Assembly: GCA_040217195.1 (NCBI GenBank)
Contig: JAVJNR010000004.1
Coordinates: forward strand, 416,001-480,000
Length of the DNA stretch: 64,000 nucleotides
Reading direction: 5' to 3'
From: Leptospiraceae bacterium
GTDB lineage: Bacteria; Spirochaetota; Leptospiria; Leptospirales; Leptonemataceae
The position numbers and the translations under genes are program-made. Positions 24,180-34,393 of the stretch are shown piece by piece. The notes under the pieces are model-generated. The model was not told where the DNA came from and searched no databases. It worked only from the letters and a program-made list of their open reading frames with translations. Positions within the stretch are counted from its first letter, which is position 1; each line of letters begins with the position of its first letter.

Positions 24180-27100
24180 TGGTCTGCCTCCCTGCCAGCG
24201 GATGAAAGCGTTGGCCAATCTGAAAATAGAGTACCGGAGTAATCAGAATATCCAGAGCTGTTGAGGTAATCAGACCTCCGGTTATGACAATCGCCACAGG
24301 AAACAGGATCTCCTTGCCGGCCGCATCTGGACCGGTTAACAAAACCGGAGCCAATGCCAGTATTGCTGTACCTGCTGTCATGAGCATGGGAACCAGCCTT
24401 TCAAGGGCACCGCGAAGGATCATTTCCTCTGTCAGATCTTCTCCTTCCTGTACCATCAAATGTTCAAAGTGCGAAAGCATCAGAATTCCATTTCGTGCCG
24501 CAATACCGGTGAGAGCTACGAAGCCAACCATGCTGGCAAGTGTGAGACTAGATCCAGTAATTAGCAGTGCTAGCAAGCCGCCCACCGCAGCCACCGGCAG
24601 ATTAAGCAGGATTTGAGCTGTTAGAATCCATGAACGGAAATGGGCATATACGATCAGAGAAATCAGAATCAAGGAGGCAAGCGCCAGAAGCAAAAGACGT
24701 CGGCTGGACTCCTGCGCTACTGTATACCGTCCCGCCAGTTCATATCTGGCATTACTCCAATCCATGGATTCAAGCTCCTGCTCCGTCTGTGCCACCACAT
24801 CTTCCAGGGGACGGTCCTGAACATTGAATTGGACTACCATGGCTCGTTCTCCCTGCTCCCGGGGAATCTCATAGGGTCCGCTGGAGGTATACACATCCGC
24901 CACCTGTTCCAGACGAACGGCCGATCCATCCGGTCTATGTCTGAGGGTGATTCTCTTTAGGGCCTCTGCTTCCAGGTCCGACTCTTCCAATCGAATCCGC
25001 ACCGGAAAAAATTTCTCTTCCTCTCGCACGGTTCCCACCTGGCGGCCCAGCTGAGCGATCTGTAGAGTCTCGATAATGTCTGGCGCTGCCATTCCATTCT
25101 GTCCGGCTTTTGCATGCTGAATGATAGTTTTCAGTTCCGGTGCCATACTCATGGCTTCGGCCCTTACATCCACAGCGCCAGGGATGGTCTTGATCAATTC
25201 ATTAACCTGATAGGTACGGTACTGTAGCGAACGAAGATCTGTGGCAAAGACTCGCACTGCAAGCTGGGATCGAATACCAGAAAGTAAATGGTCCAGTCGA
25301 TGGGAGATCGGCTGTCCGAATCCTACGTTAATTCCCTCGATCTCTTCAAATTGCTTTCGTAACTCGGATTCCAGTGCATGCCGACTTTCTCCTGATAAAC
25401 CAGGTTTTAATCCAACATCGAATTCGCTATAATGCACCCCTTCTGCATGCTCATCCCCTTCTGCCCGTCCAGTGCGACGTGCAAAATGAGTTATCTCATC
25501 GTACCGTGATAGAACGGCCTCAATCTTCATTGCTTTTTCGGCAGAGGCACGAAGTGAGTTTCCGGGAGTGGAAATAACTTCCAGAGTCATGGTTCCTTCA
25601 TTGAATTCCGGCAGAAAATTCAATGGAAGAATCAAAAAAGCAATCAGTCCGGCACCCAGCATCACAGATGCGAAGAGAAAGGAGACCCCGGGCCGGCTTA
25701 AAAGTTTCTTAAGGTTGCTTTGCTGCCAGGATTTTAGCCTTCGAACCAGCATGCTTTCTTTTTGTGCGAATTTATATTTGCCCAGAAGTAAATAGGCGAG
25801 CACCGGAGTTACAGTCAAAGCAACAACCAGAGAAGCGGCGATGGCTACAATGTATGCAATTACCAGCGGTTGAAAGAGCCTTCCCTCCACTCCTTCCATA
25901 AATAGAAACGGGATAAAAACCAGGATGACCGTTGCAGTCGCCAGCACTATGCTGTTTCGAATCTCCGAGCTGGCATTATAAATCACACCGAGCGAAGATT
26001 CCGGAGATCCTGCCGCTTGATTTTCCCGCAACCGGCGAAAGCAGTTCTCCACGTCCACCACGGCATCGTCCACCAGCTCACCAATGGCCACCGCAAGACC
26101 GCCCAGAGTCATGGTATTAATTTGCAAACCCAGGAATTGAAGAAGCAGCACAGCGCTCAATAGAGAAAGAGGCAGTGCCAGTACTGTGATAATCGTGGTG
26201 CGAACATTCCATAGAAACAGGATCAAAATCAGTATCACTATGATGGAGCCGTCCCGGATTGCTTCGGATACATTTTCTATAGCAGTTTCTATAAAGCCGG
26301 CCTGCAGAAATAGCTCCGGATGGATCTGGATCTCTCCTTCAACATCCTTCTGTAGATCGTTGAGTTCCTCCTGGATTGCACGAGTCAGATCCAGAGTCGA
26401 CGCCCCAGGCTGCTTCTGAACTGCAATGATGACACCCTGCTGGCCGGAAATCCCGGCATCCCCTCTAGGTGGCAGATGGCCTGACTTTACAGTGGCCACG
26501 TCCTTAAGTTGTACTGGCCGACCGGCTTTGAATCCGATCAGGGCACTTGCAATTTCATCGGCGGAGAAGATCTCTGCCTGATTGCGAAATGCTACCTGCT
26601 CATCCTCCTTTTCGAAGAATCCTCCGCCAGAAACTTCACCCACTGGATCCAGTCTGCGGGACACTTCAATGAGAGAAAGATTGGATCGCGTCAGACGATC
26701 TTCATTTACCAGTATATCATATGTGCGAGCTTCGCCACCCAGGGCTGTCACAGAAGAAACGCCGGGAATGGCCAGTAGCCTTTTTCGCACATCCCAGTCT
26801 GCAAACGTTCGCAGGGTAGCCAGATCTGCTTGCGATTCCGGAGCAGCGGTCAGCCCGATGAGCATGATTTCGCCCATTACGGAACTGATGGGCCCCAGAT
26901 GCACCTCCACATCGCCGGACAATTCCAACCGGGCCCCGTCCAGCTTTTCATTTACAATCTGCCTGGCCCGGTATATATCCATATCCCAGGGAAATTCCAG
27001 ACGGATCTTCGCTACTCCTCGACGACTGGAACTTCGAATTCCCTCCACTCCAGGGGCACCCATCAGGGCTCGTTCCAGGGGAAGGACAACCTTTCGCTCC

Positions 27101-27324
27101 AGATCCTCGGCCGCCATGCCGGGAGCTTCCACGAGCACGGTGACGACCGGACGATTCAAATCAGGAAATACGTCGATAGAAAGTTCACTGCTACGAATCA
27201 ATCCCGCAGCCAGAACAAGTAATGCAAGCACCAGAACCGTACCTCGGTTCTTTAATGACATTTTGATAATGCGGTCCAGTAGCCCCGGAGCGGAGCCGCT
27301 ATGCGCCTGATAATTTTTTTTCAA
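24163..27324 (-). CDS. Heavy-metal efflux RND permease (CzcA/CusA-like)
   Basis: DVFPDL, GELVDDAVVDVEN and RLVPMLMTA motifs, about 1050 aa. SD GAGGAGG then TTG at 27324. Confidence 0.92.
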   Translation of the reverse strand: MKKNYQAHSGSAPGLLDRIIKMSLKNRGTVLVLALLVLAAGLIRSSELSIDVFPDLNRPVVTVLVEAPGMAAEDLERKVVLPLERALMGAPGVEGIRSSSRRGVAKIRLEFPWDMDIYRARQIVNEKLDGARLELSGDVEVHLGPISSVMGEIMLIGLTAAPESQADLATLRTFADWDVRKRLLAIPGVSSVTALGGEARTYDILVNEDRLTRSNLSLIEVSRRLDPVGEVSGGGFFEKEDEQVAFRNQAEIFSADEIASALIGFKAGRPVQLKDVATVKSGHLPPRGDAGISGQQGVIIAVQKQPGASTLDLTRAIQEELNDLQKDVEGEIQIHPELFLQAGFIETAIENVSEAIRDGSIIVILILILFLWNVRTTIITVLALPLSLLSAVLLLQFLGLQINTMTLGGLAVAIGELVDDAVVDVENCFRRLRENQAAGSPESSLGVIYNASSEIRNSIVLATATVILVFIPFLFMEGVEGRLFQPLVIAYIVAIAASLVVALTVTPVLAYLLLGKYKFAQKESMLVRRLKSWQQSNLKKLLSRPGVSFLFASVMLGAGLIAFLILPLNFLPEFNEGTMTLEVISTPGNSLRASAEKAMKIEAVLSRYDEITHFARRTGRAEGDEHAEGVHYSEFDVGLKPGLSGESRHALESELRKQFEEIEGINVGFGQPISHRLDHLLSGIRSQLAVRVFATDLRSLQYRTYQVNELIKTIPGAVDVRAEAMSMAPELKTIIQHAKAGQNGMAAPDIIETLQIAQLGRQVGTVREEEKFFPVRIRLEESDLEAEALKRITLRHRPDGSAVRLEQVADVYTSSGPYEIPREQGERAMVVQFNVQDRPLEDVVAQTEQELESMDWSNARYELAGRYTVAQESSRRLLLLALASLILISLIVYAHFRSWILTAQILLNLPVAAVGGLLALLITGSSLTLASMVGFVALTGIAARNGILMLSHFEHLMVQEGEDLTEEMILRGALERLVPMLMTAGTAILALAPVLLTGPDAAGKEILFPVAIVITGGLITSTALDILITPVLYFQIGQRFHPLAGRQTNESDV

Positions 27325-27329
27325 TGATT

Positions 27330-27399
27330 CCTCCTCGTTACATGCAATGAGAGACCGGGCCATTGAAAGGCTCGGTTCAGGACTCTAGCAACGAGGAGG
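27330..27399 (-). promoter_or_regulatory. SD-sequestering hairpin (candidate translational attenuator)
   Basis: mRNA CCUCCUCGUUGC (27399-27388) pairs with GUAACGAGGAGG (27341-27330): 12 bp, one of them G-U. Confidence 0.7.
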
Positions 27400-27948
27400 C
27401 GGAATTCGAAACGGAATGAGGCCGGAAGCAATATCCGAAGGAGAAAAGCCACGGGTCAAAAATCGATTCGGAGGCCGCGAAATTAATTCTCCGGATCCAG
27501 GATCCAGTGGGTGGTAAGATAGGAGACCGAAATGGGACGGAATCTTTATTCGAAAATCCGCTTCCTGGAATGCTGGCAAAGCATCCTGCTCGAACAATGT
27601 GAAGAAAGTAAAAAAGGGAATAGACCCATGGTCTGCTGGTCCAGCGTTCTGCCCGGGCACCGGCTCAATAGCAGCATCGCATCCTGCTTTCCAGGAATTG
27701 GCCACAGGAGCAGTCCGATCCGAGGATCTCTTTACGGCATGGTGACCATGGCTGTGCTCCGTATGCGAATGTAGGTGTGCCGAATGTCCCCTGGATGATG
27801 CAAATTTTTCCAGAATCCCATCATGGAAATGAACATAGCTTCCCTGCAACCCCTCATGGGAATGTTGACCCAGCACCGGGCCGCTCAGCTGAAGTAACAA
27901 TCCCTGAATAAGCAGGACTGCAGCAACTATGTGGATTCTAGATCTCAT
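27385..27948 (-). CDS. His-rich exported leader protein ending RIPPPRC (candidate arrest peptide)
   Basis: Signal peptide, 12 His in aa 29-70, SRPP at 157-160 and RIPPP at 181-185. Confidence 0.7.
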   Translation of the reverse strand: MRSRIHIVAAVLLIQGLLLQLSGPVLGQHSHEGLQGSYVHFHDGILEKFASSRGHSAHLHSHTEHSHGHHAVKRSSDRTAPVANSWKAGCDAAIEPVPGQNAGPADHGSIPFFTFFTLFEQDALPAFQEADFRIKIPSHFGLLSYHPLDPGSGELISRPPNRFLTRGFSPSDIASGLIPFRIPPPRC

Positions 27949-28009
27949 TTGGATTCAGAACTAAGAAAATTTCTCCAGGACGTTGAGCGGTTTCACAGAT
28001 CGTTTTAAT

Positions 28010-28042
28010 GCTCCGATAGAACCGTCGGCCCTCTATCGGAGC
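28010..28042. terminator. 11-bp hairpin after gltA
   Basis: GCTCCGATAGA...TCTATCGGAGC, without a clear U tract. Confidence 0.45.
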
Positions 28043-28054
28043 GCCGGGAAAGAA

Positions 28055-29344
28055 TTAGCCCCGGTTTTCCATGGGCACATAGGTTCTTCGCGCTGGACCG
28101 GTATAGATCTGACGCGGACGGCCAATCTTGCTACCTGGATCCTCAATCATTTCCTTCCATTGAGCAATCCAGCCTGGCATTCTACCCAGAGCAAACATTA
28201 CTGTGAACATCTCTGTGGGAATGCCCATCGCTCGATAAATCAGACCAGAGTAAAAGTCCACATTGGGATACAGTTTTCTTTCTGCGAAATAGGGATCGCT
28301 TAGAGCTGTTTCTTCAAGTTTGATTGCGATTTCCAGATACGGATCATGCACTCCTAGCTGATTGAGTACTTCATCCGCAGCCTTCTTGATAATTCTGGCC
28401 CTTGGATCAAAGTTCTTATAAACTCGGTGACCAAATCCCATGAGTCGGAATGTAGAATTCTTGTCTTTTGCCAGGTTGATAAACTTGGCCACATCTCCAC
28501 CATCCTCATGGATGGTCTGCAGCATTTCGATTACTTTCTGATTGGCTCCTCCATGCAATGGCCCCCAGAGTGCGCAGACTCCGCTGGACATGGTGGCAAA
28601 GATATTGGCCCGGCTGGAACCTACCAGACGTACCGTGGAAGCAGAACAGTTCTGCTCATGGTCCGCATGCAGAATAAGCAGCATATCCAGAGCTTTCTCA
28701 ATGACTGGATTTACATGATAATCCTCGGCAGGAACCGAAAACATCATGTTTAGAAAGTTGGCCACATAACTTAAAGAGTTCCGCGGATAAATAAAGGGCT
28801 GCCCTATGGATTTTTTGAATGAATAGGCAGCAATGGTGGGCGTTTTGGCCAGCAGCCGAATAATGGAAATCTCTCGGTGACGAGGATTCAAAGGATCTGA
28901 AGAATCCGTATAATAACCGGATAGAGTGCAGATCATAGAGCTCAGGATGGCCATGGGATGGGAATCCTTGGGAAAGCCATCATAGAGCCTCTTCAGATCT
29001 TCATGGATCATAGTATGTCTTGTGACATTAAAAACGAAGTCGTCAAATTGCTCTTTGGTGGGAAGCTCACCGTATATTAGAAGATAGGACACTTCCAGGA
29101 AGCTGGATTTTTCTGCGAGCTCCTCTATGGAGTAACCTCTGTAATGGAGAACTCCTGCCTCTCCGTCGATGAATGTAATCTTACTCTGGCAGGACCCGGT
29201 ATTTAAGAAAGCCTCATCCATGGTGATGGCTCCGGTGGTGCCCCGCAATTTAGATATATCTATTGCTTTTTCATTTTCCGTTCCGGTAATAACCGGCACT
29301 TCCAGTTCCTGACCATCGTACAAAATCTTAGCTGTTTCTGACAT
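28055..29344 (-). CDS. gltA: Citrate synthase (hexameric GltA type)
   Basis: HADHEQN, GPLHGGAN, GFGHRVYK and YPNVDFYSG motifs. Start at MSETAK (29344). Confidence 0.97.
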   Translation of the reverse strand: MSETAKILYDGQELEVPVITGTENEKAIDISKLRGTTGAITMDEAFLNTGSCQSKITFIDGEAGVLHYRGYSIEELAEKSSFLEVSYLLIYGELPTKEQFDDFVFNVTRHTMIHEDLKRLYDGFPKDSHPMAILSSMICTLSGYYTDSSDPLNPRHREISIIRLLAKTPTIAAYSFKKSIGQPFIYPRNSLSYVANFLNMMFSVPAEDYHVNPVIEKALDMLLILHADHEQNCSASTVRLVGSSRANIFATMSSGVCALWGPLHGGANQKVIEMLQTIHEDGGDVAKFINLAKDKNSTFRLMGFGHRVYKNFDPRARIIKKAADEVLNQLGVHDPYLEIAIKLEETALSDPYFAERKLYPNVDFYSGLIYRAMGIPTEMFTVMFALGRMPGWIAQWKEMIEDPGSKIGRPRQIYTGPARRTYVPMENRG

Positions 29345-29416
29345 GCATTCCCTCTGCAGCCAGAGAAAACGATTTGCCATCGTTCCTACAAGAAAAAAAT
29401 TCACGGCACTGCCCCC

Positions 29417-30814
29417 ATGCTGTTCAATACTCTGGACTTTGTTGCCTTTCTGGCCTGTACGTTTGCCCTGTTTCTAATATTACCCCGGTGGCGAAGGCAT
29501 GTGGTTCTGATTGCCTCCTTGATTTTCTACGGAAGCTACAACTGGGGCATTCTGGTTCTGCTGCTGCTTACTGTGGCTGCGAATTTTTTTGGGGCACAAA
29601 GGATTGCAAAAAGTGCCGGTTCCAGGGGCGGTAAATTCATACTGGCGGGCTGTGTATCTCTGAATATGGCCTTTCTGGGCTTCTTCAAATACACGAATAT
29701 GTTACTTTACTGGGCCGGTTTGGCTGTGCTGGACCAACCCCTGGAAGCGCCATTCACCATATTGTTACCGGTAGGGATCAGTTTTTACACCTTTCAGGTT
29801 ACATCCTATGTTGTGGATGTTTATCGGGGTCTAATTCAGCCGGAAAGGCGATACAGCAAACTTGTACTTTTCACTGTTTATTTTCCGCAACTGGTAGCTG
29901 GCCCTATTGAACGTGCCGGCCGGCTATTACCTGAGCTGGATTTTAAAGGTAATATCCCCACCAGCATGATCTGGCAGGGGCTTCTACTCTGCCTCTGGGG
30001 GTTTTTTAAAAAGGTCTATGTTGCGGATAACCTCTCCCCTCTGGTAGACTATATTCTGGCCGTTGAAGATCCGCCCACCGGGGCCATGTTGTTTGCCACT
30101 ATACTGTTTCCGCTACAACTCTATGCAGACTTCACCGGTTACACTGATATAGCTCGTGGACTTTCCAGAATGATGGGCGTGGAGCTTTCCTTGAATTTTT
30201 TTCATCCGTTTCTTTCCACGAACCACATTGAGTTCTGGCGGCGATGGCACATTACCCTGGGAGCCTTCTTAAGAGACTATCTGTACATTCCGCTCGGCGG
30301 TAGCCGTGTTGGGCCATTGCGATCCATGGTAAACATAATGATTGTCTGGGCTCTGGGCGGCCTCTGGCATGGAGCCACGGCCGGCTACTTTATCTGGGGA
30401 TTGTACTGCGGTCTTATGGTCGCTATCACCGGTGCATTGCTTCCCATCATTGGTCGCTGGGAAGGCCAAAGCCAAGCAAGGAAATTCACACTGACCATTG
30501 CAGGGCGTCTGTTCACATTTCTTACTTTTTCTCTGGGACTTCTCATTCTAAGAGCACCGGATGCAGAAAGACTGGTTACGATGCTGGGAGAGCTCACTGT
30601 CCTTCAGGGACCAGCCATGAACCTGGATTACATCTGGCTCAGCCTTCTTTTTCTGGTGCCTCTAGCATTATTCGAGCTCTGGAGAATTTTTAAAAAAGAA
30701 GAGGAGCCCTGGGCTAGTTCATGGTTGGCCTATCCATCCGCTTTCATCTGGTTTCTGATGATCTGGGCCGCTGGCCGCTTTGAAGCCCGGGAGTTCTTCT
30801 ACTTTCAATTCTAG
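29417..30814 (+). CDS. MBOAT O-acyltransferase, AlgI-like
   Basis: LPVGISFYTFQ, FPQLVAGPI, FWRRWHI, GLWHGA and C-terminal FFYFQF. Confidence 0.92.
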   Translation: MLFNTLDFVAFLACTFALFLILPRWRRHVVLIASLIFYGSYNWGILVLLLLTVAANFFGAQRIAKSAGSRGGKFILAGCVSLNMAFLGFFKYTNMLLYWAGLAVLDQPLEAPFTILLPVGISFYTFQVTSYVVDVYRGLIQPERRYSKLVLFTVYFPQLVAGPIERAGRLLPELDFKGNIPTSMIWQGLLLCLWGFFKKVYVADNLSPLVDYILAVEDPPTGAMLFATILFPLQLYADFTGYTDIARGLSRMMGVELSLNFFHPFLSTNHIEFWRRWHITLGAFLRDYLYIPLGGSRVGPLRSMVNIMIVWALGGLWHGATAGYFIWGLYCGLMVAITGALLPIIGRWEGQSQARKFTLTIAGRLFTFLTFSLGLLILRAPDAERLVTMLGELTVLQGPAMNLDYIWLSLLFLVPLALFELWRIFKKEEEPWASSWLAYPSAFIWFLMIWAAGRFEAREFFYFQF

Positions 30815-30931
30815 GCCAGGCCGATTGCAGTTCCGTCCAGCACAAACCCTCCGCCGGACTCAGTCCCAAGCCCTCTGGCTCAGGAATAACGACTCAACGT
30901 CAAAACCTGAAGGTCCAATCTCTAAGTCTGA

Positions 30932-33900
30932 TTAGACGCCTTCGCCCTCTTCCCGATCCGGCACATGAAAGAGCTGCCTCAATTGCAGGGACCATCTTGT
31001 GATAATCGTATAAAGTACAGGCACCAGAATCAGAGTTACCCCTGTGGAAAACAGAAGCCCCCAGGCAAAGGACAATGCCATGGGTACAATGAATGGATCC
31101 TCCCCACCAATACCGTAAGCGGTGGGTAGCAAACCAAGGACCGTGGTAATGGTCGTGAGAAATACGGCCCGAAGTCGCATGGAGCCGGCTTCCATGGCTA
31201 CCTGTTCCAGAGGAAGGTCCGGATTCTCTTTATGAATACTATTTGCAAAGTCGATCAGTACGATGGAATCGTTTACCACAACTCCAGAAAGTCCGATGAT
31301 GCCCATCATGGCCAGAAAGCTAAATGGCTCTCCATGTATAGCGAAAGCCAGGATGACACCAATCAAACTGAATGGTACTGAAAGCAGAATTACCAGAGGC
31401 TGAAGCACCGAGCGAAATAAGCTGGCCAGGATCATGAATATGATCACGATTCCAACCAGGAAAGCCTTACCAAGACTGGCCATGGACTCTGCAGTGTCTT
31501 CGTTCTCACCACCCATGGCCATGGAGTAGCCCGGATACTCGTCGATAATACCCTGTGCAAGCTCCTGGAATTTGCCGGCAGCCTCAACAGCGGAAGTCTC
31601 ATCCTCATTTATATTGGCCGTTACCTGAACCAGGCGATCACCGTCCAGGTGGCTTATAGAATTGACTCCCCTTTCGCGCACGGTATAGATCAATTTCTTA
31701 ACAGGAATTTGATTACCTGTCATATTCGGAACTTTCGCTGAATAAAGACTATCCAGTTGCTCACGAAACGGGTCATCCAGCATAACTCGAATATCCACTT
31801 CTTCGTCCGGCCTTCGCACCGAAGTGGCCACAACACCATCAAAGGTTGCATTGACTGCAATGGCAACGCTGGAAGCATTGATTCCGGTTTGAGCAAGTAC
31901 CTGTTCATTGAACTTGATCCGCTCTTCCATCTTGCCGGGTTCATTGGAGTCTTCAATGTCCATTACATAGGGAACCTTTGTAAGCACCTCTTTGTATCTT
32001 CCAGCAAGCTCCTCCAGTGTTTCCAGAGAATCCCCGGTTAATTCAATGGCCACAGCTTTGCCCACCGGCGGACCACCTTTGAGTTTCTCCATATCCAGGC
32101 TTGTAAGTGTACCGGCCAGATCTTCGTAACCGGGCACAGGTTCGGTCTGAAGCGCTGGCAATTCCAGCTCATCATCCTTTTCTTTCATCTGATTTCGCTG
32201 TTCTTGAAGCCGCTTCCTGGCTTCCCCACCCAGCATCCAGAATGTGGCAGCACGAAGATCATCGATGGAGGCCTGGGCGGACCTCTCTCTGCTGTTTTCC
32301 GGAGTCAGATATACAAGTAACTGAGCATATTGATTTCCTCTTCGCGTGAATGGATCGTTGGGATTCTGCTGAATGATTCCTACCCGAGTGGTATAGGTAT
32401 CCAGCTCCTCTTTAGGAAGCTTTTCTACACTTTGCTCCACTACTTCGGTGTAGCGGTTCATTTGCTCCAGGGTTGTTCCAGGCTCCGCCGTCAGCTTCAC
32501 ATGAAATGTTTCAATGGCACTGGGAAAGAGCACAAATTTCCCGAATGCTGCCTGGATACCCCCGGCTACAATTACCATTGCGAACAATACAACTGCCACT
32601 ACCCATTTATTCTGAAGTGCAAATTGCAGCGAAGGTTCATAGGTTTCTTTGCGAAATCGATTAAACCACCCACTTTCTTCTTTCATCTCGGATCCAGTTT
32701 GACGGGTCATACGATTCATGTCGTAGAGGTGAGATGGCAGAATAATCAAGCATTCAAACAGGGAAGCGACAAGGGCAATAATGATGACAAGTGGAATGGT
32801 AAATACAAACTTTCCGAAAATACCGGTCATGAACATCAAAGGACCAAAAGCAGCGACGGTTGTAACGATGGTAGCTGTTACCGGAGCCACCACTTCCGCA
32901 GTCCCTTTCCTTGCAGCCTCAAAGGGACTGTAACCCTCCTCCAGGTATCTGTAGAAGTTTTCGCTTACGATAATAGCGTCATCAACGAGAATACCAATTA
33001 CGATGATAAGGCCGAACATGGAAATCAGGTTCAAGGTCACACCAAGAGCACTCATTACAATGAATGCGATTCCAACAGAAATGGGAATTCCCAGAGCAAC
33101 CATTAAAGAAGTGCGCCAGCCCATAAAGAAAAACAGAGAGCCAACCACCATGATCAGACCCACGGCAGCATTGTTACTAAGTACTCCCAGGCGTCGGTTT
33201 ACAAAGTAGGATACATCGTTTACGAATTCAATGCGAATCCCATCAGGCATTGTGTCCTGATATCGGGCTACGGTGCGGCGCACTTCTTCCACTACAGTGA
33301 TGATGTCTGCGCTGGATTGCTTCAGAACCGTTAAACTGATAGTCGGAAAGCCTCTAGTTTTTTCAATGTAATCGGCTTCTTCAAAGGTTTCCAGAACCCG
33401 GGCCACATCTTGAACTCGAACAAGTTGACCCACATCGTTTCCGCGAATAGGCACCTGCCTTACCTCTTCGATGGTTTCCAGCTCACCGACAGTACGAATC
33501 ACAAGTGCATCGCCATTATGCACTACTTCACCGCCCGGAAAATTTACGTTTCGGTTTTGTAGAGATTGAATGATTTGACCAAGGCTAACGTACTTATCAT
33601 TCATCAGACCGGGATGCACCCGTACCTGATATTCCACATCCTGCCAGCCCCTTCGTGCAATACGCGCAACTCCATCAATGTCCAGCAGATGATCCTCTAG
33701 ATTCTGTGCTTCATCCCTTAGCTCTTTTTCCGAAAGAATGAAGGCACCATCCTTTTTAGTCCGACTTACACTTACTTCTATTACCGGGGTTCGGCTGGAA
33801 GTAAGCTCTACTATTACCGGCGTCTCTGCATCACCGGGAAGATCCTCGGTCCGGTCCACAGCAGAGCGAATATCATCTATTACTTTCTGGCTATCATCTT

Positions 33901-34198
33901 CATCTGGATCAATGGTAATGGTAACGACGGAGAGATTCTCCACAGAGGTGGACCGGAACTCTTTAATCCCATCCACTTCTTTGATTTGATCCTCAATAGG
34001 ATTTGTGACCAGTTTTTCCACTTCCAGGGGTGCCGCCCCGGGATAGATGGTCTGTACGTTCACTATGTCAAAATCAATGTTCGGGAATGCTTCCCGGTTC
34101 ATGGTTGCTGCAATGACTCCACCAAACAGAACGATGGCCAGAGTGAGCAAATTCACGAATAAACTGCGGTTCAGGAAATACTCAATGAAAGCTGCCAT
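30932..34198 (-). CDS. AcrB-family RND efflux permease
   Basis: REAFP, GILVDDAIIVSEN, GVVVND and RLRAVFLTT motifs. Confidence 0.93.
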   Translation of the reverse strand: MAAFIEYFLNRSLFVNLLTLAIVLFGGVIAATMNREAFPNIDFDIVNVQTIYPGAAPLEVEKLVTNPIEDQIKEVDGIKEFRSTSVENLSVVTITIDPDEDDSQKVIDDIRSAVDRTEDLPGDAETPVIVELTSSRTPVIEVSVSRTKKDGAFILSEKELRDEAQNLEDHLLDIDGVARIARRGWQDVEYQVRVHPGLMNDKYVSLGQIIQSLQNRNVNFPGGEVVHNGDALVIRTVGELETIEEVRQVPIRGNDVGQLVRVQDVARVLETFEEADYIEKTRGFPTISLTVLKQSSADIITVVEEVRRTVARYQDTMPDGIRIEFVNDVSYFVNRRLGVLSNNAAVGLIMVVGSLFFFMGWRTSLMVALGIPISVGIAFIVMSALGVTLNLISMFGLIIVIGILVDDAIIVSENFYRYLEEGYSPFEAARKGTAEVVAPVTATIVTTVAAFGPLMFMTGIFGKFVFTIPLVIIIALVASLFECLIILPSHLYDMNRMTRQTGSEMKEESGWFNRFRKETYEPSLQFALQNKWVVAVVLFAMVIVAGGIQAAFGKFVLFPSAIETFHVKLTAEPGTTLEQMNRYTEVVEQSVEKLPKEELDTYTTRVGIIQQNPNDPFTRRGNQYAQLLVYLTPENSRERSAQASIDDLRAATFWMLGGEARKRLQEQRNQMKEKDDELELPALQTEPVPGYEDLAGTLTSLDMEKLKGGPPVGKAVAIELTGDSLETLEELAGRYKEVLTKVPYVMDIEDSNEPGKMEERIKFNEQVLAQTGINASSVAIAVNATFDGVVATSVRRPDEEVDIRVMLDDPFREQLDSLYSAKVPNMTGNQIPVKKLIYTVRERGVNSISHLDGDRLVQVTANINEDETSAVEAAGKFQELAQGIIDEYPGYSMAMGGENEDTAESMASLGKAFLVGIVIIFMILASLFRSVLQPLVILLSVPFSLIGVILAFAIHGEPFSFLAMMGIIGLSGVVVNDSIVLIDFANSIHKENPDLPLEQVAMEAGSMRLRAVFLTTITTVLGLLPTAYGIGGEDPFIVPMALSFAWGLLFSTGVTLILVPVLYTIITRWSLQLRQLFHVPDREEGEGV

Positions 34199-34393
34199 AT
34201 GGGATATGCCAGAGCAGTTTCCAGTGTTTACAGTGTCAATTTAAACGAATGGAAAATGCGTTACAGAATGACAGGTTGGGCAGGGAGATTCTGCACAGAT
34301 TGGTTCTATCCTATTTAAATTTGGTGTAAATTCTAGATGGGAACGGAAGTCCTCATTTCTGAAGCCGGTGCCCGGCGAGGTGCCGGAAACCTA

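Noticed and set aside
26582..27310. Long antisense ORFs (also 6975-7583, 32330-33106, 45027-45671)
   Set aside because: They lie opposite well-supported genes and have no motifs.
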